A stretch of DNA of 64,000 nt. Source: Nemertoderma westbladi. Its lineage: Eukaryota > Animalia > Xenacoelomorpha. The stretch lies in NCBI GenBank assembly GCA_032718475.1, contig JAUCBJ010009099.1, positions 1 to 64,000 of the forward strand. The letters run 5' to 3'. Below are positions 48,723 to 60,433 of the stretch, in pieces. The position numbers and the translations under genes are program-made. Numbering within the stretch: the first letter of the stretch is position 1; each line of letters opens with the position of its first letter. The notes beneath the pieces are model-generated. The model made no database searches. It had not been told where the DNA came from and saw only the letters and a list, made by a program, of their open reading frames with translations.

Positions 48723-50031
48723 GGGCGGTATTCATAAATGTGACTAACTAGGAACTTAGTCCTAGTCACATCAAGTTAGTAAGTGCTTGTACTAATTCGG
48801 TATTCAGAGAAGTTGGTGGTACTTATCACTAACGTAATTAGTACTTGTTGTTGCTAAACTCGTATTCATAGAATTTAGTCTTACTTAAGTTAGTATTAGC
48901 TGTAACTTAAATTTCTAGTCACATGAAGATGTGACTAAGTTGGTAAGAACGCTTACTTATTCTATATTGGCCTTCCTACATACAGTATGGTTATTATGTT
49001 ACTGACGACTCCGGCCACATGATACTCTCTCTTGTTTTTCTAGCATTCTCTGTTAATTGCAATTGTGTTATTGCAGAGAAACTGTCAAATGTAACGACAT
49101 AAAGCTTCTTGTTTTTTAAACTAATATCCGACTTAAATTTCCAAATTTCAGCTCACATTCTTGAATGGTGAGATTGCTCCCGAACGGTCCGCGTCCGTTG
49201 AAAAATGTGTTTCGCTAAAGAATTCTACCATTCGCGAACTTTCGCAAGATAAAAAAGCGGTAGCGTTCCCACTACATTATTTTCCTCTCTATTACCGAAT
49301 GTAAATAATGGTATTCGATAATGGTAGCCAATTGATTTATCGCCTTACTAAAAATATTAATTTTTCACTAAAATTTTAACAGGAAATCACTAAAATATTC
49401 AGTTTCCACTAAAATCTATTAATTAACATTAAATCTATTAATTATAAATTATTGCTAAAATGTGGGAAAGGGCAGCTTGCAGTGCTACGTTATTCGAACC
49501 TAAATAATGAAGGGATTTTATTACAAAAGGCCGTAACAGATTTATTTTTGATGAAAATATATTTTAGTGATAATCAAATTGAGTGGAGGAAATATATATT
49601 TGATAACGAAAAAAATTTACTGGAAAACAGGAATTGTTTCAGTGACCAATAAAATTAATGGGTTTAATGTAGGCAACCAATACTAGTAAAACAGTATACC
49701 ACTAAATATAGATAGTAACAATGTGTTGGCAAGCTGTATTAAATATAGAGACATGCCGGGCATAGCTACCGTCCTTAAGTTAAAACTGAAAGCTTTTCGA
49801 TAAACATAAGTTAAAGTACCGGCACTGCTACTAATGGGCTAGAACTAAGTTTAGTAACAGTTTATGAATACTGATATTTTTTAAGGGCTAGTTGAAACTA
49901 AATTAAGTCAATGCTCTTACTAAAATCAGTTGTTTTTAGTAACAGATAGCTCTTACTAAACATGGTTGCAGCTCTTACTAAAAGCTGTCACTAAGTAGCT
50001 GTAACTAACACTAACTCTATGAATACCGCCC
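48723..50031. mobile_element. Non-autonomous PIF/Harbinger-like element
   Basis: TIR GGGCGGTATTCATA and TATGAATACCGCCC, TSD CAG on both sides, and internal subterminal copies of gtattcata. Confidence 0.8.
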
Positions 50032-51496
50032 CAGAACACTGAAGAGCACTTCAAATTTGTAACAGTACGAAACGGCCACAGAATAAACACTGAAAATTAA
50101 ACTTTTAGTTTCAGTTCCATTTCAAAGTACTCGCCTAGCAGTAAACTCTTAGATGTGATATATGAATGAACATAATAATACACCAATCAACTTGTTGTTA
50201 ATTAATACTATCGTCGTTAAGTAATGTTACAATATCGGAATAAAGTAATAAATTTTGTTTTCGAAAACCCTTTTTCAATTACACCAGAAAATGTTCTTCC
50301 AATTGGATTTAAGTTTAAAGCAATCCGAGCAGTATTTAAATTTAAAATATTGTTTGCCGTTATTTTCTTTGAATAAAAACTGTTGGTTGTTCCAGGTGAA
50401 CATCGAAACGCATTCAATATTCTTTATATTTCTTCCCAAAACCATCGGCATTGTTAATCAATCAGCGACAAAACGAGAAACCAAATAAATACAGTAATAT
50501 CTATAACATAAAACTTACAAATAAACACAAACATGTAAATAAGACGATAATTGCGCTTTACTATTTTGATAGAGTGATAAATATTATTAACTCGCAATTA
50601 TTTAGCCCCAGTAATATTTTGCTAAATTTGGAAACGATTACGAATTACAATTTCAGTTATCGTTTCGACAAAGTGGGTAAATATTTCAGTTGCAATTCAG
50701 GAAAACTTCATATTCTAGAGCCCATATACTGTGTGAATGGTTTCCAGATTCCGAGCTCCAATTATTTGAAATGAAAGAAGTTTCCTGTATTAACTATAAT
50801 TTAAACCCGTTGACCATTTAGGAGACGCGAAATATAATAATTCTGAAATATAATTCTGTAACACCAATGCCAATCACAAAATAATTGAGGCTCAAAAATA
50901 AATGTAAACGAAAAATTACACTCAGTGAAGAAGACAATTTGAATTAATTCGCAGTTATAAAATTGTTCGACAAGCTATAAAGATTTCCCGAAAATTAGAA
51001 TAGAACAACTCAATTAATTGATTATTAACATAACAGTAGATTTCAGTCTTAGTTACTTATAATGTAGTTTTTCAGTTAGTCCTTGTCAAAGGAACCTAGT
51101 CTCTGGAACAAAAAACATTTTCAGTTGAATTTCACTCTTAGTCTAGAACGTGTACACTGTTCACGTAAATATTTTACGTGAGTGATATTATGTGTGTTAT
51201 TATTATCGTGTGTGTGATATTATGATTGACTGCAATAATACCATCGTACTTACAATATTCAACATTTCTAATTGACATAATATTAATAAGAATTTAAACA
51301 CTCATCAACACTTAAGCGCAAAATAAAGCAAATTTAGATCTTAAAACATATTTCTCGCTTTGCATTAGATTAATTGAATACAGTCAGCCGCAATATTCTT
51401 CAAATTTAAATAAATAAACTGTTGTTTCTTGTATTTAATATTTAAACAATTTAAAAATAAAATTCTTCGCTGTTACTCTTCCCACTTATGCAGCTT

Positions 51497-54400
51497 TTAT
51501 ACGAAACCGAAATTCTTCGCTTTTATGGCCAATTGTATTTTAGCTCGTAAAGTAGATTTAGTGGCGTAAAGAGGGATGTACAAACGGGAAATACAAGTGT
51601 TCGCTGTGGGCAGATGGTGCTCGTCTGCTGGGCGGATAGTGACTGTAGGGAGTGGCTGGAAACCCTCCTCACTGGCCGGAAGGCCGGGACTTCCGGTCCA
51701 GAAGTAGACCAACTCCTGCCGCTCAGACGGACTCATTCGCTCCAAAACCGACCAGAACCACTTCTTAAACTTCGCTAATCTCTCAGCCGTCTCTCCGCTT
51801 TCATCATTGAACGAGGTGTAGCCTTGTAGAGTCTTTATCTCGATGTAGAGACAGCCGTTGAGAAGCAACCGGAGGTCTTCCGCGGTCAACCCATCCAGCC
51901 CGTTACGCGGTATCACATCAAACACCCCGAGCTTCAGCTGAACCAACGGTTTCGCTACCGATGTCACCATCCGGTACTCTGCGTAACGTTTCGCGTAGTC
52001 GAATACATTGTCGGGAGTCACGGCGGGTATATTCCGACAACCGGATAGATTAACCATCCGACCACCCTCCTCCTTACTAAGTTCCACGCTGAAGGTAAGA
52101 TCGACTGTAGCGAGGACCTCGGCGGCGTTCTCACTGTTCATATCGTTGAGAAGTTGTCGCAAACTTTCGTAGGTAATCGGATCGAAGAAGGCAAGATCGT
52201 GCCACGCAATTCGTCTTCCGAGGATGTACTTGAGGACGTGACGACAGAGCGGCAAGGGGAACAGCTCGTTCTGCAGCAAACACAAGCCGATCAGTCGACC
52301 CACGTTCCGGTAGAGATTTAGTCGCTCGGGCGAGTTACCTCCGGCACGGATAGAGTAGAAACCTTTCTTACCGGGCTCGAAGAACAACGCCGGCTCCGGG
52401 ATATCTTCAGCCTTACCCGCCCCCTTGCTACTCAATCTATTACTCATAATCAACTTCATCGCTTCCGCAACTTTCGCTTTAAGATGAGCTTCGCTCGTGA
52501 GGAAAATCATGAGCTGGGGCTGCGTCTGATCCAATAACATCCCGGTTATCTTTGCGGCGAACGCGGGTTGCAATGCGAACACTTTGGGGTAGAGTTTGTC
52601 TCCGAGGGACTGGCGAGGGGTGGACTGCGGTTCCGATTCGCCGCCTTGTTGCTGCGGCAATGGGCGGAACGGCTTCGACTCATAAGATAACAATAATCGG
52701 GACTTCCCTTTGGCGCCGTCGGATCCGATTTTGAACCGGGGGTGTAGAGAAGCGGCGGTCGCCTTGGAGACGCTGTGGAACTCGTCCAGTGAAGGCAACG
52801 GCTCTGGACTGAGGAAAGCCTCAGCGATGGCCGTAAAGAAACTCCGAGCCACCCCTGTTCCCTCCCCCGGCTCATTCTTGAACATGACCTTAACTCTGTG
52901 GACGGCCATCGGTTGGGCAACCTGCGACGACCGCCGTGTGAACTGCGCGTTAAGTTGTTTTAACGTCTGTACGATGAGGTGCTTACGCTCACGGTCCACT
53001 TCCAGGGTTAGATCTCGGTTCTGGTTGTTCCGCAGACGTTCCATCTCCCGCCGGAACTTAACTTCTTTCACATCGAAGCCGCCCAACTCTGGCAGCACGG
53101 AACTAGGCTCGGCCCCAACGTCGTCCAGGAAGACACGGCTGAACAACTCGATCGTGTGGTACCAACGGCCCAATAAAATATTCCTGCTGGATGGGAGAGG
53201 GAAGATCTCTCGGCTCGGTCGACTATTGGACCCTGAGTCAAACTGTGGTACAGCATTGGCGGGACCCTGAGCACCATACTCTGGCCGTTTATTTGACCCC
53301 ATAACACCGTACTTTGGCCGTTTATCTGTGCCCATAGCGCCGTACTCTGGCCGTTTATCTGACCCCATAGCGCCGTACTCTGGCCTTTTATTTGACCCCA
53401 TAGCGCCGTACTCTGGCCTTTTATCTGACACCATAGCACCGTACTCTGGTCGTTTATCTGACCCCATAGCGCCGTACTCTGGCCTTTTATCTGACACCAT
53501 AGCTCCGTACTCTGGCCGTTTATCTGACCCCATAACACCGTACTCTGGCCGTTTATCTGACCCCACAGCGCCGTACTCTGGCCTTTTATCTGACACCATA
53601 GCGCCGTACTCTGGCCGCTTATCTGACCCCATAACACCGTACTCTGGCCGTTTATCTGACACCATAGCGCCGTACTCTGGCCGTTTATCTGACCCCATAA
53701 CACCGTACTCTGGCCGTTTATCTGACACCATAGCGCCGTACTCTGGCCTTATATCTGACCCCATAGCGCCGTACTCTGGCCGTTTATCTGATCCCATAGC
53801 GCCGTACTCTGGCCTTTTATCTGACCCCATAGCGCCGTACTCTGGCCGTTTATCTGATCCCATAGCGCCGCTGTACTCTGACCATTTGCCTGATACCATA
53901 GCGACGTAATCATGTGGTTTATCAGAATAAACAGCACCGTACTCAGGTGCTTTATCAGAATTAGAAGCTACCATACCATAGTCAGGATCAACAATGGAAC
54001 GCGGGAGACCAGCTGCTTGGCCGGACTCGGCAGTGAGGTTCTCGTAAAGACTCGGTTCTTTCGGTTGCCTGGCTTCTGCTGACCCACTGTATTCAGGGAA
54101 TGCAGCAACATACGGGAGCCCTTGGATTCCGGATACAGAACCAGTGGATCTATATGCATCAGAACCTTTAGGATCGGAGTAGTTGCAGTTCATCTCAGTA
54201 TCAGTGCAAAGCGACTTCAGTTCGTGCAAATTCGCCCTTATTGTTGCGCTCAGAGTGGAAGTCATATCGAGAGACTCTGCGATGAGGGAGGGCAAACTCT
54301 GTGATTCGGAATGGCCTTCAGACATAGACGGATCCGGGTGCCATATAACCGATTGTGTGGGCTGGCTCATGGCCGGTTCCGTTGACGGTAGGGGTATATG

Positions 54401-57400
54401 GGAATAAGAAGTTCCTGGCTCATTACCAATACTTCCAGTGAAAACAGCCCTGCCATGGATACCTGGAAACGGTTGCCCTGTGTCCTGGCAAGGGAAACCT
54501 GGAATCTGTTGACTGGTATCCTGGCCATGGAAATCGGGAATCTGTTGACTGCTTTCTGGCATTCTATGGTTTTTGCTCATTGTATCATGAAAGGAAGGGG
54601 CATCTCGTGCTGGAAGACCAGAGAATGGATTAGCGGGTTTCACTACAAGATCTAGAGCACCACTATCTTCTACACTTTGGGATTGCACCAACTCAGCTCC
54701 AGCAATCGTAGAATCCAGAGTATAAGTACTATTCAGCAAACTTTCGACACTTTCGCCAAGGCCTCCTTCTTCAACGACAGTGTGAACCGCCTTGAATAAA
54801 GTACTTTGATCATTTAACCCTATATCAGAGGGGAAATTAGGGGCTGGTCTTCGGGACAAGATTCCCATGTGGCAAGGAGGGGCAGAATCAGCATGGGAAA
54901 ACAATGCACAGTGGTTTACATCGAGATCCGGTTTACACATAACAGTTTTACCAAAACATTCATCCCGCCGCGCCGAAGGTGTCAGTATGTGGGGCGCATT
55001 GGCCAATGGCAATGCCTCAGACATAGGAGTCTCTATCGGGTCGGATGGATTGCTTCCCAAAAACGTTGTTGACTCTGACCGTTGAAAAAATACATTTTTC
55101 CGGCCAACCGTTCCCAAGCCGGTGTCGTCACTAAAAAATACAGGGATCTCACAACCTTCGGAGTCTTCAGATTCAAAAGATGGACTGAATGCAGTGGTGG
55201 GGCTGTCTATCGAATATTGTTGAGATATGTCCTCCTCATCATTGTTCATCAGCGTAGAAAATATCTTCACTGAATAAATTAGGGAATCTGCTACATAAGC
55301 TACATGCTTCAGAGAAGCGACATCTACAACAGGAACTGTGTCGCCATGGTCTGCTGTGTGGCTCCGCAATAAAGAAAGGGTGTAATTGAGAAAATCACGA
55401 CGCGCTAAACTTGTATCTTGAGGCATAGAAAGCCGTGTCTTCTTACGAGTATCAGAGAAGGTTGATCGCCACAATGTGCATAGATCGTCTCGACGTGATT
55501 TCGTTCTCGTGGACGTGGTATACAATGGGTTTCGCGGGTGGGCCGGATGGCTGCTATCAGATGCAGCAGCGAGAGCCGAGCCAAACCGCAACTGACCTTC
55601 AGTTGCGTCCATTACTTGTAGCAACCAATCCCATACGGGTCTCAACAAATTCTGAGCATACAAGTAAAGATTGGTCGCATCGGAGACACTGATAACCGGG
55701 AGATGGCAAATAGTCGAAGGGGCGGAATATGGATAACTGAATGCATCCAATATGAGATCACAGAGCTGCCGAATTAATATTCCATATAGTCGACCAAGTG
55801 AACTGTTGGTAGTATCAATGGATACAGTGTTAGCATCAGCATGATTAACATTAGCTGATGAAGCTGTTGTTCCTCCTCTTAGTGATGAATGGTGGTCAAT
55901 GTAAATGAGGTTACTTCCAGATGATGTCGAAGCCATTGTGGTACTAGGACGACTTCCACCCAGAGCCCACTGCATTTGCGAGGGCCGACTGGTTGCAGTA
56001 GACATCTCTGCCCCTCCAATAAACCTAGACTGGGGGTTTGATTCATTCTCGGACTCTTCACTCTCCTCTTCATCATCCTGACCACTGTCACCATCGTCCA
56101 CATCGCTACCATCCCCATCAGTCCGAGTTGGTGGTTGTATCCGCCTAGCTGTAGGATTCTCAATAGCATCGCCGTGGTTACTGTCTGAATCAGACTCTGA
56201 CTCAACAAACATATCTAATTCCATGTCAGAATCGAGAGCCACTTCAGATTCCTGACGCATTCTCTCTCTGGGCGCTGTGGATTGGTCGTTTGTATCAGCA
56301 GTGCGCTGTGCGGTTGATGTTTCATTTGACTGCGACCGAGATATATTTCCGCTGCCCGATGACCTACCGAGTTGATACCCATGTCGTGAAGATGTCCCCA
56401 CATTTCCAGCTGACGACACATCCGCTAATGTTGATCCTGTGTGTAAGGGGAGTGGATCAACCTGGAATATTTCATCACTCCCACTGATGGCATCTGTGCA
56501 GGACTGATACAAACTAAAAGTCATAGAGGGTCGGGAAATTCCGAAACGTACTGGAACTATTATTGCAGCTGAAGCCTGTGCCAACTCCTCTATAGCAATG
56601 CCTAGCAACATTTGAAAGGCTCGCTTCGCCCGTATAATTGGTTGTGTCGTTAGGATAAGTTTATGTTTGCTTGGAGTAATTTCGATGTTGAGAATAATAA
56701 ATACCCGTATAACAGACCTGATAAATCGTCTGGCAACTGATTCGATTTCTTTGTTGTTATTTCCCATCTGCTGAATTATTGTGGTCAGTAGAGCATCCAA
56801 GACCTCAACATTGCATTTGACCAGCAAGCAATGAGTGAATGAATCAAGTTTAACAGCTACTGATTGAGAAGATAAAACATCATCACTGATAGGCTCTGAT
56901 GGACTTCCAAGTTCAAACATGCTTTTAACCGCTGGCCAACAATGCATTACTTGTGCCAAAGCAGATCTAGCAAACTTTGGTGGCTCCGGTTGTATTTCAT
57001 TAGCATCTGCATCAGTTCCTTTCCTTCTCTTACTGTACTGCTTTTGTTCGTGCATCTGCCGGGCGACAGTTTGAACTAAAAACAGGGGTAAAGTTTCACC
57101 GCGACTATTGGGCAGTTGCACAAGATCCGTATGTTCCAACAACCACATCAATAACTCATGTCTTGCAGCCTGATTTCCGGCCGCAAGGCTTTTACAATTG
57201 CACTTCCATTTGCAACGCTCCCAACAGTCACAGTAGGCTGTAGGAGAGGTGCTCTTCAGTTTGCAGTCATGGCCTTTGTGGCAGACACGAGCGCATTCAG
57301 TGCAACAACACAACTGATCCTGCAGACCACACGTTTTGCATTCAAAAATATCCTGATTGATGTGCTCCTCGCCAGTCCAGGTGAAACTACACGTATCATT

Positions 57401-60400
57401 AGCACAAATAAGATAAAGGGGTGAATCATCAGGGTTGCTCCCAGGCGGATATATCATTTTCATCATCAGCTGTTTGTCGCTGTCAAAATGATGTTTTATT
57501 TTATTAATAAGTAGTGACGCAGCTGTGTAAGCTCGCAAATTAATAGACAACATAAATGGAGTGTTGCCCTGGTAATCTTTAGAACAAAGCAATTCAGTTA
57601 AGTGTGGGCTTACAACTTCACTATCACAAATCATTTTCAATACATCTGATGGTTTGCCTTCATCAGCAAGTGGAATGAATCCTGTGGCCGACTTAGGAAT
57701 ATCATCGACAGGAGGTGGAATAGCCCCGGGTTGCTGGAGATGCCAGTTGTGAGCCAAATGGGAACTCAGTTCTGGAATATCTTCATAATCAGCTGGCGGG
57801 CTCCCGCTGTGTAAAGGTGACGACAAAGCTGCGCGAGTAGCTTGCCTCATCATCTCTCTAAGGTTAATCCGATGATACGATGGGGGTGCCATTGCTTCAT
57901 TACTTGGGTGAGTAGGAGCAGAGGTCTTTGGTGTTACATTTCGAACTGGTGCACATTTACTGATTGCCAGATGAAGAATATTGAAATTGCCATCTGCTTT
58001 CTCCCAAATACCCGATGTATGTTGTTGATCTAAAGACATAAGCTGAAGAAACGATCGAACAGCCTCACTGTTTGATAGGGAAATAGCTGTCGACAAAGGT
58101 TGAGAGCGGTAAAACAAGATAGCTATAGCACTAGACCTGCCATCGGGTTGAGGATGAATTCCCATGGTTACAGTTTCAACAGGTGGTAGATTGAATGTAA
58201 CTGGCTCAGCAATCCCACCAACAAAATTATGCTGCAAAGGGTATAGACATCTATTACCATCCAACATGATAGTTGTATCAAGACCACAACTGTATAAGGA
58301 CAAACAAGGAGGTTGGTTGCCATCAAAAGTCAGAGGTAAATGACTATAATCTCCAGGCTTACCTGATGTCATTTCATACACAGTAATCTGAAGTTTTCCA
58401 TTTACATAATAGATAGCTTTCAGGCCTCCCACATATGCCACATAAGACACCAACCTTGCATTGTCTGGGACAGTTAATCTCTTTGGATTGCGTTGAATAT
58501 AATCTGGTGAACGTAATGTTACAGTTGACTTAGCTAGCTGAAGCTCGTCTTTTCTGAGAAGTCGACAACTTTCAAGTGCTGGTATTGCAGACTCTTTAGA
58601 TTCATTGGACTGGGTTTCAGTATTGAATTGAACAGCAGCGTATATGCCATCAATTTTAATCACCTTCCCAACTGGTGTAGACTTTGTGTCCTCTACAAAA
58701 ATAACATCCTTCAGATCCCAATAATATGTTGCAGTAGTGTCATTGCCATCATCTCCAGAGTACTTACGTTTGGATGTGATGTTAGTTGACATTGTCGAGT
58801 CATGTTGGTCTTTTTCAAATGCTGAAGAAGTCGGATATATTGGCCGAAACAAACTTTTCTCATTTGTACTCCATGCCGACTCCAACAGTCGACCCGCCTG
58901 GGGAACGCCACCAAACAAGGTAAAACCGATACATCCATGACAGTACAGAGGTAAACTTCGCAAACAGACTTGGCTGCCAGTGACAATCTGAGCAGCCGCA
59001 CCACCAGCAAACCCTCCACCCACACCAATACGATTAGTACGAGTTCGCACCTTCTCTATGAGCTTCTTAGACTGTGCTGTTGGAACAACCCCCCACCAAT
59101 AGATACCACCAGATTCCGTCGTCACACACGAATAAAGGTAACATACAGATAAACTCACAATATGCTCCCCTGCAAGTTCAGGGTATGTAACAGCCGGATG
59201 TCCAAGTTTTGAAGTTATATGATTGATACTTTCGTCATAAAATGTAGCCAATTTACCAGATTCTAATAACAATGTCGCTCTTATTATAGACGACTTCAAA
59301 TCCGTGATTTTCTCGTTTTCCAAGTTGAGATCTTGGATCCGAGGATGTGTTAAAACATCACCATCGGTAGAATATGGGAGCATATTGGACCACTTCCACT
59401 GCCACAGAGTTCCGCTGTTGGAAACAGCTAATAACTCAGAATGGAGTGCAGCTATTTGTACAAACCTCACATCCTTTACAGGCATATATTCAAAATTAGC
59501 AAGTGATATGTCCTGGTTGTTTGTGGGAGTGTATGTCCTGTAGTTGGATGATCCTTGTGAAGGGCCATCTTGTAGAAGTGAGCCACCCATCCAATTACGA
59601 TCTCTTGATTCTGGATAGGCATCACGAGTCGCCCGGACTGCTCTCGTCCTACACGAAGCAGTAAAGAAATCTTCGGGAAAAAGTGGGTCATCATGAACGA
59701 CCATACCATGATGGTCTGAGTTTATAGAGGCGTCCAACAGCGACATAAGGTCCTCCCCAGTCGGCATATACTCTGAGTTATCTTCTTCTTCATTTCCATC
59801 ATCATCTTCGCAACTCAGAAGATTATTCACCGCTATGTTCACATCAAGATTTGTTCGTTGCAACTCTCGTATTATCACATTCCTGGATTTTCCCTGGAGA
59901 ACTGCTTGAGCTTGAGTTACAAGTTCTTCTGGTACAACTGATGCAGGTATCACCATGCGGTTCCCCATAACAATACCGATTGCGCTATTACTCAATGAAG
60001 AACGGGCTCGCCCACTCATACCCATTCGCGCCTGACGAATGCGTTTTGCATTTCTTGCAGTTCCGATCAAACTAGGTGATGATGAAGATGACGCTGTTTT
60101 AGAAGTTGATGATGCCAAAGATGATGACCATTTTGTACGTTTGTTTTGATCAGATTTTTCAGCATCACCAGATGATTGATTAGCAGTCACTGAATAAGCA
60201 ACCCGACAAACACGACCATCTGCTGAAAGGAAAACCAAATGGCTAGGTCCAACCACACACTGTTGAACTGATTGTTCCAAGCCAGGGGGGAGTATGTTTT
60301 GAGAAGCAGAACTCCTTCCAGCTTGCGAAGCCGCAAACAGTTTTTCAACCAACTGCTCCTCTGAAGATGGTTGGGGTAGAAGAAGAAAATCTGTAGAAAT

Positions 60401-60433
60401 TTTAGCATCAGATCTTCCAATATTATCTGCCAT
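51497..60433 (-). CDS. UBR5: HECT E3 ubiquitin ligase UBR5/EDD/hyperplastic discs, 2978 aa, single open reading frame
   Basis: N-terminal QCVVGPSH...DGRVCRV. UBA: VPEELVTQAQAVLQGKSRNVIIRELQRTNLDVN. UBR box: CSFTWTGEEHINQDIFECKTCGL. MLLE: LGDKLYPKV...KITGMLL. HECT with catalytic LPTANTCISRLYIPLY, ending KNFGFV. Confidence 0.96.
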   Translation of the reverse strand: MADNIGRSDAKISTDFLLLPQPSSEEQLVEKLFAASQAGRSSASQNILPPGLEQSVQQCVVGPSHLVFLSADGRVCRVAYSVTANQSSGDAEKSDQNKRTKWSSSLASSTSKTASSSSSPSLIGTARNAKRIRQARMGMSGRARSSLSNSAIGIVMGNRMVIPASVVPEELVTQAQAVLQGKSRNVIIRELQRTNLDVNIAVNNLLSCEDDDGNEEEDNSEYMPTGEDLMSLLDASINSDHHGMVVHDDPLFPEDFFTASCRTRAVRATRDAYPESRDRNWMGGSLLQDGPSQGSSNYRTYTPTNNQDISLANFEYMPVKDVRFVQIAALHSELLAVSNSGTLWQWKWSNMLPYSTDGDVLTHPRIQDLNLENEKITDLKSSIIRATLLLESGKLATFYDESINHITSKLGHPAVTYPELAGEHIVSLSVCYLYSCVTTESGGIYWWGVVPTAQSKKLIEKVRTRTNRIGVGGGFAGGAAAQIVTGSQVCLRSLPLYCHGCIGFTLFGGVPQAGRLLESAWSTNEKSLFRPIYPTSSAFEKDQHDSTMSTNITSKRKYSGDDGNDTTATYYWDLKDVIFVEDTKSTPVGKVIKIDGIYAAVQFNTETQSNESKESAIPALESCRLLRKDELQLAKSTVTLRSPDYIQRNPKRLTVPDNARLVSYVAYVGGLKAIYYVNGKLQITVYEMTSGKPGDYSHLPLTFDGNQPPCLSLYSCGLDTTIMLDGNRCLYPLQHNFVGGIAEPVTFNLPPVETVTMGIHPQPDGRSSAIAILFYRSQPLSTAISLSNSEAVRSFLQLMSLDQQHTSGIWEKADGNFNILHLAISKCAPVRNVTPKTSAPTHPSNEAMAPPSYHRINLREMMRQATRAALSSPLHSGSPPADYEDIPELSSHLAHNWHLQQPGAIPPPVDDIPKSATGFIPLADEGKPSDVLKMICDSEVVSPHLTELLCSKDYQGNTPFMLSINLRAYTAASLLINKIKHHFDSDKQLMMKMIYPPGSNPDDSPLYLICANDTCSFTWTGEEHINQDIFECKTCGLQDQLCCCTECARVCHKGHDCKLKSTSPTAYCDCWERCKWKCNCKSLAAGNQAARHELLMWLLEHTDLVQLPNSRGETLPLFLVQTVARQMHEQKQYSKRRKGTDADANEIQPEPPKFARSALAQVMHCWPAVKSMFELGSPSEPISDDVLSSQSVAVKLDSFTHCLLVKCNVEVLDALLTTIIQQMGNNNKEIESVARRFIRSVIRVFIILNIEITPSKHKLILTTQPIIRAKRAFQMLLGIAIEELAQASAAIIVPVRFGISRPSMTFSLYQSCTDAISGSDEIFQVDPLPLHTGSTLADVSSAGNVGTSSRHGYQLGRSSGSGNISRSQSNETSTAQRTADTNDQSTAPRERMRQESEVALDSDMELDMFVESESDSDSNHGDAIENPTARRIQPPTRTDGDGSDVDDGDSGQDDEEESEESENESNPQSRFIGGAEMSTATSRPSQMQWALGGSRPSTTMASTSSGSNLIYIDHHSSLRGGTTASSANVNHADANTVSIDTTNSSLGRLYGILIRQLCDLILDAFSYPYSAPSTICHLPVISVSDATNLYLYAQNLLRPVWDWLLQVMDATEGQLRFGSALAAASDSSHPAHPRNPLYTTSTRTKSRRDDLCTLWRSTFSDTRKKTRLSMPQDTSLARRDFLNYTLSLLRSHTADHGDTVPVVDVASLKHVAYVADSLIYSVKIFSTLMNNDEEDISQQYSIDSPTTAFSPSFESEDSEGCEIPVFFSDDTGLGTVGRKNVFFQRSESTTFLGSNPSDPIETPMSEALPLANAPHILTPSARRDECFGKTVMCKPDLDVNHCALFSHADSAPPCHMGILSRRPAPNFPSDIGLNDQSTLFKAVHTVVEEGGLGESVESLLNSTYTLDSTIAGAELVQSQSVEDSGALDLVVKPANPFSGLPARDAPSFHDTMSKNHRMPESSQQIPDFHGQDTSQQIPGFPCQDTGQPFPGIHGRAVFTGSIGNEPGTSYSHIPLPSTEPAMSQPTQSVIWHPDPSMSEGHSESQSLPSLIAESLDMTSTLSATIRANLHELKSLCTDTEMNCNYSDPKGSDAYRSTGSVSGIQGLPYVAAFPEYSGSAEARQPKEPSLYENLTAESGQAAGLPRSIVDPDYGMVASNSDKAPEYGAVYSDKPHDYVAMVSGKWSEYSGAMGSDKRPEYGAMGSDKRPEYGAMGSDKRPEYGAMGSDIRPEYGAMVSDKRPEYGVMGSDKRPEYGAMVSDKRPEYGVMGSDKRPEYGAMVSDKRPEYGAVGSDKRPEYGVMGSDKRPEYGAMVSDKRPEYGAMGSDKRPEYGAMVSDKRPEYGAMGSNKRPEYGAMGSDKRPEYGAMGTDKRPKYGVMGSNKRPEYGAQGPANAVPQFDSGSNSRPSREIFPLPSSRNILLGRWYHTIELFSRVFLDDVGAEPSSVLPELGGFDVKEVKFRREMERLRNNQNRDLTLEVDRERKHLIVQTLKQLNAQFTRRSSQVAQPMAVHRVKVMFKNEPGEGTGVARSFFTAIAEAFLSPEPLPSLDEFHSVSKATAASLHPRFKIGSDGAKGKSRLLLSYESKPFRPLPQQQGGESEPQSTPRQSLGDKLYPKVFALQPAFAAKITGMLLDQTQPQLMIFLTSEAHLKAKVAEAMKLIMSNRLSSKGAGKAEDIPEPALFFEPGKKGFYSIRAGGNSPERLNLYRNVGRLIGLCLLQNELFPLPLCRHVLKYILGRRIAWHDLAFFDPITYESLRQLLNDMNSENAAEVLATVDLTFSVELSKEEGGRMVNLSGCRNIPAVTPDNVFDYAKRYAEYRMVTSVAKPLVQLKLGVFDVIPRNGLDGLTAEDLRLLLNGCLYIEIKTLQGYTSFNDESGETAERLAKFKKWFWSVLERMSPSERQELVYFWTGSPGLPASEEGFQPLPTVTIRPADEHHLPTANTCISRLYIPLYATKSTLRAKIQLAIKAKNFGFV
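53265..53870 (-). repeat. Coding 33-bp repeat (SDKRPEYGAMG x18, plus degenerate copies upstream) inside UBR5
   Basis: In-frame in the 2978-aa ORF, with no frameshifting unit. Confidence 0.93.

Noticed and set aside
52546-60420. Numerous short overlapping or antisense ORFs within UBR5, and similarly within RPN1 and RPRD1
   Set aside because: Shadow ORFs of real coding sequence with no recognisable domains.
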